Shown piece after piece: positions 9,717 to 17,648 of a stretch of DNA of 30,114 nt. Every line of letters starts with the position of its first letter. The first letter of the stretch is position 1. The stretch comes from Synechococcus sp. GTDB taxonomy: Bacteria; Cyanobacteriota; Cyanobacteriia; Thermostichales; PCC-7336. The notes below the pieces were generated by a model. The model ran no database searches, was not told the DNA's origin, and worked only from the letters and a program-made list of their open reading frames with translations. The stretch covers positions 1-30,114 of the forward strand of contig JBFRWD010000122.1 in the NCBI GenBank assembly GCA_051439425.1, in the 5' to 3' direction. Position numbers and translations under genes: made by a program.

Positions 9717-10057
9717 AACAGCAGACTACTCAACAAGCTATTCAAAATTCCAAAAACTAATGCACCCAGCAATGCACTGACAATTCCATTCTTGAGTCGG
9801 AATCCTTCGACAAGCTTGGCCGCCAACCCAAAAATAAATACATTAATCAAGAAGTAAACAAGACCTAAAGTTAGCCAATTGAGCGGAGACGTCAAGAACT
9901 GTAAAATTCTACCTACAGTCGCATTCAGGAGTCCAAAAACAGCAGCGGAAATAGCAGCACGACCAAAAGTATCAATTTCAACCCCTAGGAAAGGTAGTTT
10001 TGAAATAATAAATAAACTAACTGTGTTGATAAGCCAAATAACAAGAAGACCGATCAT
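9713..10057 (-). CDS. YvlD-like 4-TM membrane protein (phage holin family 4)
   Basis: FGLLNA...IL..LTSPLNWLTLGL..FLIN...LVEGF pattern. Confidence 0.85.
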   Translation of the reverse strand: MIGLLVIWLINTVSLFIISKLPFLGVEIDTFGRAAISAAVFGLLNATVGRILQFLTSPLNWLTLGLVYFLINVFIFGLAAKLVEGFRLKNGIVSALLGALVFGILNSLLSSLLF

Positions 10058-10175
10058 TTGTCAGAACCTCTATTACGTGGGACTAGAAGAATATTTTTAA
10101 AAGTACCCCGGACGTTTTTGTCTGGATAGCTAAGTAAAAATGCTACACTTGATTGATGTTCTTACATATTAAAAT

Positions 10176-11267
10176 TCATGGATGTTCATCGAATTCCATT
10201 GTAGGGAAGGCCGATAAGGGGCGATCGCATTTCACTTCTAGCCGGATGTGAGTGCCGGTCTCAATGGGTTGGGGATCGTACAATTGGCGCACGTGTAGTT
10301 CGCGCCCGGAAGGTAACTGCAGGCAGTACATCGCTTCATGTCCCAGGAATTGTCGACCTCGCACGAACACATCACTATCGGCATCGGGGATCAGGCAAAA
10401 ATCTTCCTGGCGAATCATGATATCGGCGCGATCAGGTACTGCAGCCTCTGGGGATGATGCAGCTTCAGGCACCTCAACATTCAGGACCCCAATCTCGCTT
10501 TGCCACCCCTGCTGTGTACGCTGAGCCGAGACAAAATTTGCTTGCGCTACAAACTCTGCCACAAATCGAGTTTTGGGAGAGCGGTACAGCACTTCGGGAC
10601 TGTCACACTGCTCCATCCTCCCTTTGTTCATCACTGCCACGCGATCCGAAATAGACAGTGCCTCCTCCTGATCGTGAGTGACAAAGACCCCGGAAATTTG
10701 CGCTGTCTGCAAAATTTCTCTGACCTGGAGTCGTAGGCGATAGCGAATGCTGGCGTCGAGATTGCTAAACGGTTCATCCAACAAGATTAATTGGGGACGC
10801 GGTGCTAATGCTCGTGCCAGTGCCACCCGCTGTTGTTGCCCCCCCGACAGCTCCGCCGGATAGCGATCGCAAAACTCCGTCAACCCAACCAGCTCAATCG
10901 TTTCTAGTACTCGTTCCAGTGCGTCTTTCCGGCTCAGCTTAGTATGCTTCAAACCAAACGCCACATTTTGCTGCAACGTCAGGTGTGGGAATAGAGCGTA
11001 ATCCTGAAACACCACTCCCACTTGCCGTTGCTCCGGGGGAACCCAGCTATTTGGCCCCGCAACTACGCGATCGCGAATCAAAATCTGTCCGCGATTGGGC
11101 TTCTCAAAGCCACCAATCAACCTCAGCAGTGTCGTCTTCCCACTCCCGGAAATCCCCAACAACCCCAGCAGTTCCCCTTCCGCCAACTGCAATGACAAAT
11201 CCTGCAGTACATCTTGGCCGGGCAAATAATGCTTCCATACATGGTCAATTGTGAGTACTGCAGTCAT
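10176..11267 (-). CDS. ABC transporter ATP-binding protein, Fe3+ (FutC/FbpC)-like with TOBE domain
   Basis: GISGSGKTT, VFQDYALFPHL, LSGGQQQRVALARAL, LLDEPFSNLD and VTHDQEEAL motifs; upstream Fur-like box. Confidence 0.9.
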   Translation of the reverse strand: MTAVLTIDHVWKHYLPGQDVLQDLSLQLAEGELLGLLGISGSGKTTLLRLIGGFEKPNRGQILIRDRVVAGPNSWVPPEQRQVGVVFQDYALFPHLTLQQNVAFGLKHTKLSRKDALERVLETIELVGLTEFCDRYPAELSGGQQQRVALARALAPRPQLILLDEPFSNLDASIRYRLRLQVREILQTAQISGVFVTHDQEEALSISDRVAVMNKGRMEQCDSPEVLYRSPKTRFVAEFVAQANFVSAQRTQQGWQSEIGVLNVEVPEAASSPEAAVPDRADIMIRQEDFCLIPDADSDVFVRGRQFLGHEAMYCLQLPSGRELHVRQLYDPQPIETGTHIRLEVKCDRPLSAFPTMEFDEHP

Positions 11268-11334
11268 GCGGAACGAAGAATCGTATCGAGTTTGCGAAAG
11301 TCAGCCCCATCATTTTGGGTCATAACTTCGATTG

Positions 11335-11353
11335 ACTGCAAATATTTCTCAAT
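11335..11353 (-). promoter_or_regulatory. Candidate Fur (FurA) box upstream of the ABC ATPase
   Basis: Minus strand ATTGAGAAA-T-ATTTGCAGT, an imperfect 9-1-9 palindrome resembling ATTGAGAATnATTCTCAAT-type Fur sites, ~68 nt upstream of the start. Confidence 0.55.
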
Positions 11354-11402
11354 AAATTCCAGCAACCACCGTCGATTTACTCCAAAGACCAATAACTGTG
11401 TC

Positions 11403-11493
11403 GTCCTTGGTCCTTGGTCCTTGGTCCTGAGCAAGAAGTGACTGAGGACTAACGACCTAATGGCTAATGACTAATGACTAATGACTAATGACC
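11403..11493. repeat. Heptamer tandem repeats (STRR2-like) in inverted arrangement
   Basis: (GTCCTTG)x3+GTCCTGA at 11403-11430 and (CTAATGA)x4 at 11464-11491, with degenerate units between. Confidence 0.9.
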
Positions 11494-11501
11494 AGCTCCC
11501 C

Positions 11502-12335
11502 TTACCGCCTCTCCATCAATCCCCGATAAGCCTGACTCCCAAACCATCGATCGATCTCCCGTGCCCGCAGCACCGGCACCGGATGAGAGCGCCCACTATT
11601 CTGCAACTGCTTCAGCGTCGCCTGCCAATCATTGCTATCCAATTCGTCATACGTTCGCGCCTGCTCTAAAAACGCCGCCACATTCAGTTGAGACGCTAAC
11701 TTAGGCGATCCCCCACACAATTTCATCAATACCGAAGCCACTGTCTCGGAGTTTTGGGCCACTAGCAAAGCCGCGCGATCGCAACTAAACTCCGCACACT
11801 GCACCCAATTCATCAGTTGCTCCTGCAATGCCTGCTGCAAGATGATTCCTCCCAACGGCAGCAAACCAGCCGACAGCACCAGCATGTTGGCGATCGTCAA
11901 ATACACCCCATGGTTGCACTTCAAATGCCCCAACTCATGGGCCAGTACCGCTTGGATTTCGTCGGGCTCTAAGAGATCGAGGAGGGAGGTATGCACCACA
12001 ATAAACGGTTGCTTGCCCCGCATAGCAAACGTGTAGGCGTTTGGATTGGGATTTTGCTTGATGTAGAGCTGTGGCACCTCCAGGTCGAGAATCGTGCAGG
12101 CATCTACGAGTAATTGATGTAAATCTGGCAGTTGCCGATCGCTGACCTGGACGCTGGAAGCGAGGTTATCGACGTACAACAGTTGCTCCACTGAAGGGGC
12201 GACTAAGTTTTGGATCAGCAGGTTGAGACCGGGAAACACCTGCAGCGATCGTGTCGCTTGTTCGTCAATCGGATGGCGAAAGTGTCGGGCTTGCAAGCCG
12301 TACAAAATCGAGCGGGAGGATGATGTGTAGGACAT
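11502..12335 (-). CDS. M48-family (HtpX/Ste24-like) zinc metallopeptidase
   Basis: PNAYT, VLAHELGH (HExxH), AEFSCDRAA and SHP motifs. Confidence 0.93.
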   Translation of the reverse strand: MSYTSSSRSILYGLQARHFRHPIDEQATRSLQVFPGLNLLIQNLVAPSVEQLLYVDNLASSVQVSDRQLPDLHQLLVDACTILDLEVPQLYIKQNPNPNAYTFAMRGKQPFIVVHTSLLDLLEPDEIQAVLAHELGHLKCNHGVYLTIANMLVLSAGLLPLGGIILQQALQEQLMNWVQCAEFSCDRAALLVAQNSETVASVLMKLCGGSPKLASQLNVAAFLEQARTYDELDSNDWQATLKQLQNSGRSHPVPVLRAREIDRWFGSQAYRGLMERR

Positions 12336-12992
12336 TCAAATAGCGCGATAGGAGATGAATTCCCGAAAGCGATTCAAAACGTAAATCTGCTCCGGGATGG
12401 GGTTGGGAAGCGTGGTCTGCTCTGGCTCGGGCGCGCCAGCATTGTGGTTCTGGGCAGCATTGGACTCATCCACCCAGAAGATCACCCGATCGCCCGCGCG
12501 GCTGCCGTCAGTCACGAACTGACCCCGGTCGGCTACTGGCTCGGACATCATTACATATTGGCGATTGGCCACGGTTAGTTGTTCGGGCATGTTTGCCGTC
12601 CGAAACAGTTCGTTCAGCACGTCCGGCTGCTCTAACACGCTTACGAGACGATCCTTCCACACTTCTGCGAGGGCAATGGCTGTATTGGTTGCGTTCGCCT
12701 CAGCGTCTTCCAATGTGACGTCTAGCAGTAGCGTATCGTTCACCAAAAGTTGTGCTAGGCGATCGGTGCCTTCAACGGTCACATCTAACCGCTCGTCGTC
12801 TGCAGCTTCCACGATCGCCATCAGTCGCCCATCGATCTGGCGCACCCGCTCATCTGTGCTCTCCTGCGGCTGACGAATGGTCAGTACCGGTCGACCCAGC
12901 ACCTTAAACTCTGTTTGGGCAAACGCCATGCCTCCCCACGTGCTAGCCGCTAGCCCTAATAAAACTGCTGTTAGCGATCTCTGTATCCTCAT
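12336..12992 (-). CDS. Hypothetical exported protein (218 aa)
   Basis: Signal-peptide-like N-terminus ending AFA|Q; its stop directly abuts the M48 start codon. Confidence 0.8.
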   Translation of the reverse strand: MRIQRSLTAVLLGLAASTWGGMAFAQTEFKVLGRPVLTIRQPQESTDERVRQIDGRLMAIVEAADDERLDVTVEGTDRLAQLLVNDTLLLDVTLEDAEANATNTAIALAEVWKDRLVSVLEQPDVLNELFRTANMPEQLTVANRQYVMMSEPVADRGQFVTDGSRAGDRVIFWVDESNAAQNHNAGAPEPEQTTLPNPIPEQIYVLNRFREFISYRAI

Positions 12993-13385
12993 TCTTCATC
13001 CCTCTTAATCCAGTTACAGGCTCTGCCGGTGAAACGTGACTATCGCGGTGGGCGGTCTAAGTGCAGTGCTTGCCATTCACTATTGCAACGATAATGTTTT
13101 GCCTGCAATTGTAAAGTTGCTTTTCACAGGCAGGTCTATCGGGACCGTAGCGCACAACACGCAGTTGTTTTTCCAACCTGATGAATTGATCCGTATGGCT
13201 TGATAGGCATGCATGGTCTCCAATATTGGTCGCAATTGATGCCCCATACGCGGGTACTACTAATGTACGAGCGTCGCATTTGAACGAATGCAATACGAGC
13301 TGTAGTCACACAGTCTTCGATTGCATCTCCGTGAGGCTGATGACTCCAGCAGTACTCCAGCACCGCCAACGCACACCTGCAACAC

Positions 13386-15047
13386 ATGCAAACCTGTCAC
13401 TGTCTCAATCCTGACTGCCAGCAACCCCACAACCCCAAGGATGCCAAACGGTGCGGTACCTGTGGGAGTGCTTTACTGTTGCGGGGTCGGTATCGTGCCT
13501 ATAAGCGTTTGGGGCAGGGGGGGTTCGGGACGACATTTTTGGCGCGCGATCTCGATATGCCCTCTCAGCCGTGGCGTGTGATCAAGCAACTGCGGGTGGC
13601 TGAAGCCTCCGAGCAGGTGGCTCAGCTTTCTAAAGAACTGTTTATGCGAGAGGCCCAGGTTCTGGAGAAGCTGGGGGAGCACTCTCAAATTCCTACCCTG
13701 TACGCCTATTTCGGAGAGGATAACCGCTTTTATCTGGTGCAGGAATTTGTGCTAGGCACGACCCTCTCGAGTGAAGCTCACCGCAATGGAGCCTTTAACG
13801 GCGAGCAAATTCAGCAGGTGCTACGAGAAGTCTCGCTGATTCTTAGCTACGTTCACAGCAAGAACACCGTTCACAGAGATATCAAACCGGCCAACTTGAT
13901 TCGTCGTAAAGATGACGGTCGTCTGGTGTTGATCGACTTTGGTGCGGTGAAGCAAATGGGCATTGCCGGTATGGAAGAGATGCCGTCGTCCGTGACAGCG
14001 ATACGATCGCTAGGATTCTCCCCCCCCGAGCAAATGGCCGGTCATTCTGTCGGTCCTGCCAGCGATTTGTATGCATTAGCTGCTACGTGTATCAATCTGC
14101 TGACGCGCAAATCTCCCAATCGTTTTTTCGACTCCAAGCGTAACTGTTGGACCTGGCAGGATGAAGTGGAGTTAGACGAGCGCCTGACCGGTATTCTGGA
14201 ACGGATGCTGCACCCTACCATGTCGGAGCGCTATGAAAGTGCGACGGCAGTTCTGCGCAGTTTGCAAGAATCCACCAGCATTGGCATGGGGGCTGGTTCC
14301 CGGCTGCACTCTGAGGCTACGGCGGCCCAGTCAACGGTGGCAGCGGGCACAAATCCTATTTCGCGCAATTGGTCGTATCGGGTCGGAGATACTGGATTTA
14401 CTCCGATCTCGCCATATCGACAGGAGCAACCGAGGGCCCGTTCAGCCGTTATCAATCCTGCTTTACCCAGTCGCGATCGCACCAGTCATACCCGTCCCGC
14501 ATCTGCTGATGTTCGCTCGGCCCCCAATCGGCCTGCGTCTAGTCCTTCCTCGTCGATGGAAGGTGCGGATCTGAGCAATCGCAATATGGCAAAGGAAAAC
14601 TTAGCCGGAGTCAATTTGCGTAAGACCAACTTATCGGGCACTAACCTGTCTGGAGCAGACTTACGAGGTGCGGATCTGCGTGGAGCCTCGTTTACCGGTC
14701 CTCCCCCCAAGTGGCGATTCGTGCTGGCAAGAGTTCTTTGGATGATGCGCAACCTAGCAGGTATGTTAGCTGGTGTCCTCTGCTTGGTGTTAGCCGTTGC
14801 TGCGGCTGGATGGGGCATTTACAAACTGACCGGTAATTTGTGGTTGGGAGCAATTGGCGGTTTGTTGGCAGCAATTTGGTCGGGATGGTACGTCTGGCAA
14901 TTCACAGAGCGCCGTTTGGATACGGCTATCATGGTGGCTGACAGCCCGCAACGTCACACACTGTTCAAAGGTGCTGACCTGCGTAAGGCAAAGCTTGACA
15001 GTGGTTTGAGGGCCCATGCCAGGCGGCAGGGGGCTCGACTGAGCTAA
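13386..15047 (+). CDS. Ser/Thr protein kinase with 4-Cys prefix, pentapeptide repeats and two TM helices
   Basis: CLNPDC...[37 protein letters not shown](D/N)LxxxNL repeats; hydrophobic hairpin near the C-terminus. Confidence 0.95.
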   Translation: MQTCHCLNPDCQQPHNPKDAKRCGTCGSALLLRGRYRAYKRLGQGGFGTTFLARDLDMPSQPWRVIKQLRVAEASEQVAQLSKELFMREAQVLEKLGEHSQIPTLYAYFGEDNRFYLVQEFVLGTTLSSEAHRNGAFNGEQIQQVLREVSLILSYVHSKNTVHRDIKPANLIRRKDDGRLVLIDFGAVKQMGIAGMEEMPSSVTAIRSLGFSPPEQMAGHSVGPASDLYALAATCINLLTRKSPNRFFDSKRNCWTWQDEVELDERLTGILERMLHPTMSERYESATAVLRSLQESTSIGMGAGSRLHSEATAAQSTVAAGTNPISRNWSYRVGDTGFTPISPYRQEQPRARSAVINPALPSRDRTSHTRPASADVRSAPNRPASSPSSSMEGADLSNRNMAKENLAGVNLRKTNLSGTNLSGADLRGADLRGASFTGPPPKWRFVLARVLWMMRNLAGMLAGVLCLVLAVAAAGWGIYKLTGNLWLGAIGGLLAAIWSGWYVWQFTERRLDTAIMVADSPQRHTLFKGADLRKAKLDSGLRAHARRQGARLS

Positions 15048-15067
15048 GAGAACTGGTGACTGTTGGA

Positions 15068-15877
15068 TCAGATGCGGACGGGAATTTGGCGATCGCGCAT
15101 GGCTGCTTTAATCTCGCTGACTGAAAGCTGTCCAAAGTGCAGGAGAGATGCTAACAGTGCTGCTTCTGCCTTGCCATCTATCAATGCATCGCAAATATGG
15201 TCCGTGTTACCCGCTCCGCCCGATGCAATCACCGGAATTTGCACGGCCTCAGCGACACGACGAGTGAGTTCTAGATCGTATCCAGCCTGGGTTCCGTCAG
15301 CATCCATGCTAGTGAGCAAAATCTCTCCCGCTCCGCGGGATGCCATTTCTTTTGCCCATGCAATGGCATCGATCCCTGTTGCGTCTCTGCCGCCCCGAAC
15401 ATACACTTCCCATTCAGCTTCGGTCCCTAGCTGGTTATTCGACAGGTTTGAGGTATGACTTTGCGGTGATGTTGACTTTCGACGGGCGTCGATTGCCACT
15501 ACGATACATTGCTGTCCAAATAGAGCACTAGCCTCGCTGACCAAGTCAGGAGTACGGACAGCGGCGGAATTCATACTGACCTTATCGGCCCCAGCGCGTA
15601 ACAGATCGCGAATATTCTCGACAGTGCGTACCCCACCGCCTACCGTGAGTGGGATGAAAACTTGCTCGGCAGTACGCTGCACCACGTCATAGATGATGCC
15701 ACGATCTTCATGGGTGGCTGTGATGTCCAAAAACACCAGCTCGTCAGCCCCAGCTTCGTTGTACGCTCGGGCGAGCTCAACCGGATCGCCTGCATCAACA
15801 AGATTGACAAAATTGACTCCCTTCACGACCCGACCGGCATTGACATCGAGACAGGGGAGGATGCGTTTGGCTAGCAC
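15068..15877 (-). CDS. hisF: Imidazole glycerol phosphate synthase cyclase subunit HisF
   Basis: (M)[44 protein letters not shown] and PVIASGGAG motifs. GTG 15877 chosen as start; contains a ~15-aa polar insertion after DARR. Confidence 0.97.
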   Translation of the reverse strand: MLAKRILPCLDVNAGRVVKGVNFVNLVDAGDPVELARAYNEAGADELVFLDITATHEDRGIIYDVVQRTAEQVFIPLTVGGGVRTVENIRDLLRAGADKVSMNSAAVRTPDLVSEASALFGQQCIVVAIDARRKSTSPQSHTSNLSNNQLGTEAEWEVYVRGGRDATGIDAIAWAKEMASRGAGEILLTSMDADGTQAGYDLELTRRVAEAVQIPVIASGGAGNTDHICDALIDGKAEAALLASLLHFGQLSVSEIKAAMRDRQIPVRI

Positions 15878-16057
15878 GAATACTGGTTTGAGCGCGATGC
15901 TTCGAGTGTTACATATCCAGGTTATGTCAGGAGCAATTGTTGTCTTGAGTCTTCCTGAATGCATGAAGAAATGCTTTATGGGGGAAGCTCGTGCCTCACT
16001 TTGCCTCAGAGTCAGTGAGAATGCGTAGAATCATGGGTCTCCACGCAGGATACTGGC

Positions 16058-16086
16058 TTGACGATCCGAGATTGGCTGACTAAGGT
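16058..16086 (+). promoter_or_regulatory. Sigma70-type promoter for the DAHP synthase leader
   Basis: TTGACG (16058-16063), 17-nt spacer, TAAGGT (16081-16086). Confidence 0.6.
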
Positions 16087-16156
16087 TTATCAATAAGAGT
16101 GCTTGGCGTATTGGTCTTCAGGATGTCAGGCATCAGCTTATATAGGATTTCAGAAC

Positions 16157-16204
16157 ATGCAATCGACTCGATTTAGTTTTTGGTTTACCCAGGGGTGCAC
16201 TTGA
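16157..16204 (+). CDS. Candidate leader peptide 1, MQSTRFSFWFTQGCT* (Phe/Trp control codons)
   Basis: AGGA at 16144-16147; 4 aromatic codons in 5 (16172-16186); stop lies inside the antiterminator 5' arm. Confidence 0.75.
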   Translation: MQSTRFSFWFTQGCT

Positions 16205-16243
16205 CCGTCAACTGCTCCAATGTGTTCAGCGTCAAGTGACCCC
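16192..16243 (+). promoter_or_regulatory. Antiterminator hairpin of attenuator 1
   Basis: GGGGT-g-CACTTGAC (16192-16205) is complementary to GTCAAGTG-ACCCC (16231-16243), 13 bp with one bulge, and overlaps the terminator 5' arm. Confidence 0.7.
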
Positions 16244-16275
16244 CCCGCAAGTGATACGCGAGGGGGTTTCTATTT
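16239..16275 (+). terminator. Intrinsic terminator of attenuator 1
   Basis: ACCCCC-c-CGC [AAGTGATAC] GCG-a-GGGGGT followed by TTCTATTT. Confidence 0.7.
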
Positions 16276-16290
16276 GGGAATCTCTGCACC

Positions 16291-16464
16291 ATGACTATTG
16301 CCTATTCGATTTTGACCGATAGAAACAATCATCTAGGTTTGATGGGGCTATCCAGAGTGGTTGTTTGTTTTGAATGTGCGATGCGTCGCGCCAGCTTTTG
16401 CCCATCGCACATATGGCAATGGTTTTGCACCTTTATGTTTTGGTTCGGACAGTCGTCCGGGTAG
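16291..16464 (+). CDS. Candidate leader peptide 2 (57 aa; in-frame ATGs also at 16342, 16381, 16435) ending ...IWQWFCTFMFWFGQSSG*
   Basis: Open frame from ATG 16291, just after terminator 1, to TAG 16462-16464; 7 Trp/Phe codons in 11 (16414-16446); stop inside the antiterminator 5' arm. True start uncertain. Confidence 0.7.
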   Translation: MTIAYSILTDRNNHLGLMGLSRVVVCFECAMRRASFCPSHIWQWFCTFMFWFGQSSG

Positions 16465-16493
16465 ACCGTTGCACTTGCAAGCCTTCTGCCCGG
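16445..16493 (+). promoter_or_regulatory. Pause (1:2) and antiterminator (2:3) hairpins of attenuator 2
   Basis: 1:2 is TCGGAC[AGTC]GTCCGG (16445-16460). 2:3 is CCGGGTAGA (16457-16465) with TCTGCCCGG (16485-16493), 9 bp including one G-U. Confidence 0.75.
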
Positions 16494-16516
16494 TACCGCT
16501 AGGTCCGGGCCTTTTT
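16488..16516 (+). terminator. Intrinsic terminator (3:4) of attenuator 2
   Basis: GCCCGG-t-ACC[GCTA]GGT-CCGGGC followed by CTTTTTGTT, ~30 nt before the DAHP synthase ATG. Confidence 0.8.
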
Positions 16517-16547
16517 GTTGTTAGTAACTTTTCTGGAGAGTCAACCC

Positions 16548-17417
16548 ATGAATTCAGCGAAATTGGTCTGTAAATCTTCCCCCAAGCAAACCACTAGCAT
16601 CATTACTATTGGCGATCGCCTCGCTATTGGCGGTAGCGATATCGTCATCATGGCTGGCCCCTGTACGATCGAAAGCGAGCAGCAAATGGAAACTGTTGCA
16701 CGACATTTGGCACCGTCGCCAATCGGGATGCTGCGGGGGGGAGCCTACAAGCCCCGCACCTCTCCCTATAGTTTTCAGGGCTTGGGGCCGCAAGGTCTCG
16801 ACATCATTGCCAATGTCGGACGTACTTACAATCTCCCGGTTGTGACTGAAGTTATGGCAGTAGAGCAGATCCCGCTGGTGAGCGATCGCGCGGACATGTT
16901 GCAGGTGGGTAGCCGTAACATGCAAAACTTTGACCTACTCAAAGCCGTCGGTCAGAGCGATCGACCCGTTCTCCTTAAACGCGGGCTGGCCGCAACTCTA
17001 GAAGAATTCGTCATGGCGGCTGAGTACATTCTCAGCTATGGAAACCCAAACGTCGTGTTGTGCGAGCGGGGCATTCGCAGTTTTGATTCGTACACGCGAA
17101 ATGTCTTGGACCTGGGCGCAGTTGTAGCGTTAAAGCAGCTTGTCCACCTGCCAGTCATTGTCGATCCGTCACATGCATCGGGACGCCGAGAGCTGGTAGC
17201 CGATCTAGCGCGGGCGGCTATCGCTTGCGGTGCTGATGGGCTGATGATCGAGTGCCATCCCACTCCCGAACTCTCCGTGTCAGATGCTGCCCAAGCCTTG
17301 TCCTTGGATGCTGCTGTGAATCTTGCAGAAAGTTTGCGACCGATTGCCGCAGCTGTAGGTCGTAGCTTAGCTACTGGGCGATCGCTCGCACCATTAGGTG
17401 AACTTGCCCGCACCTGA
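16548..17417 (+). CDS. aroF: DAHP synthase, type I-beta, catalytic domain only (289 aa)
   Basis: IMAGPCTIES, RGGAYKPRTSPYSFQGLG, QVGSRNMQNF, LCERGIR and VDPSH motifs. GGAGAG SD before ATG 16548; only ~30 residues precede the AGPC motif. Confidence 0.95.
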   Translation: MNSAKLVCKSSPKQTTSIITIGDRLAIGGSDIVIMAGPCTIESEQQMETVARHLAPSPIGMLRGGAYKPRTSPYSFQGLGPQGLDIIANVGRTYNLPVVTEVMAVEQIPLVSDRADMLQVGSRNMQNFDLLKAVGQSDRPVLLKRGLAATLEEFVMAAEYILSYGNPNVVLCERGIRSFDSYTRNVLDLGAVVALKQLVHLPVIVDPSHASGRRELVADLARAAIACGADGLMIECHPTPELSVSDAAQALSLDAAVNLAESLRPIAAAVGRSLATGRSLAPLGELART

Positions 17418-17648
17418 TTGTGTGAAGTAAATCTCCCTTAGCCCAACTCGTTGCTGGGCATTTCGAGCGTTTACACACTCTGAAATCCGGGTGGCCGTGT
17501 GGTTGATTGATTCAAACCCGTTTTCTCTACTGTCTAATTCAGGTAATGTGGTGCAAAGGTCGATCGCAGTGCGGTTTGGTATTGCCCTCGATCGCGGCAT
17601 TCTGCCAGGTGCCAGTGAGGGAATTTTCGATAGGAGGGTCAGGCAACC

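Noticed and set aside
9713..10057. Prophage signalled by a holin-family gene
   Set aside because: YvlD-like proteins are common chromosomal genes, and no phage genes lie nearby.
11403..11493. CRISPR array
   Set aside because: Units are contiguous 7-mers with no unique spacers and no cas genes nearby.
16090..16520. T-box or metabolite riboswitch in the aroF leader
   Set aside because: No T-box GGTGGnACC motif or recognisable aptamer seen by eye; an Rfam scan would settle it.
16361..16573. 70-aa ORF from the track as a real gene
   Set aside because: TTG start, runs through the terminator and overlaps the aroF start out of frame; the Trp/Phe-rich frame ending at 16464 explains the region better.
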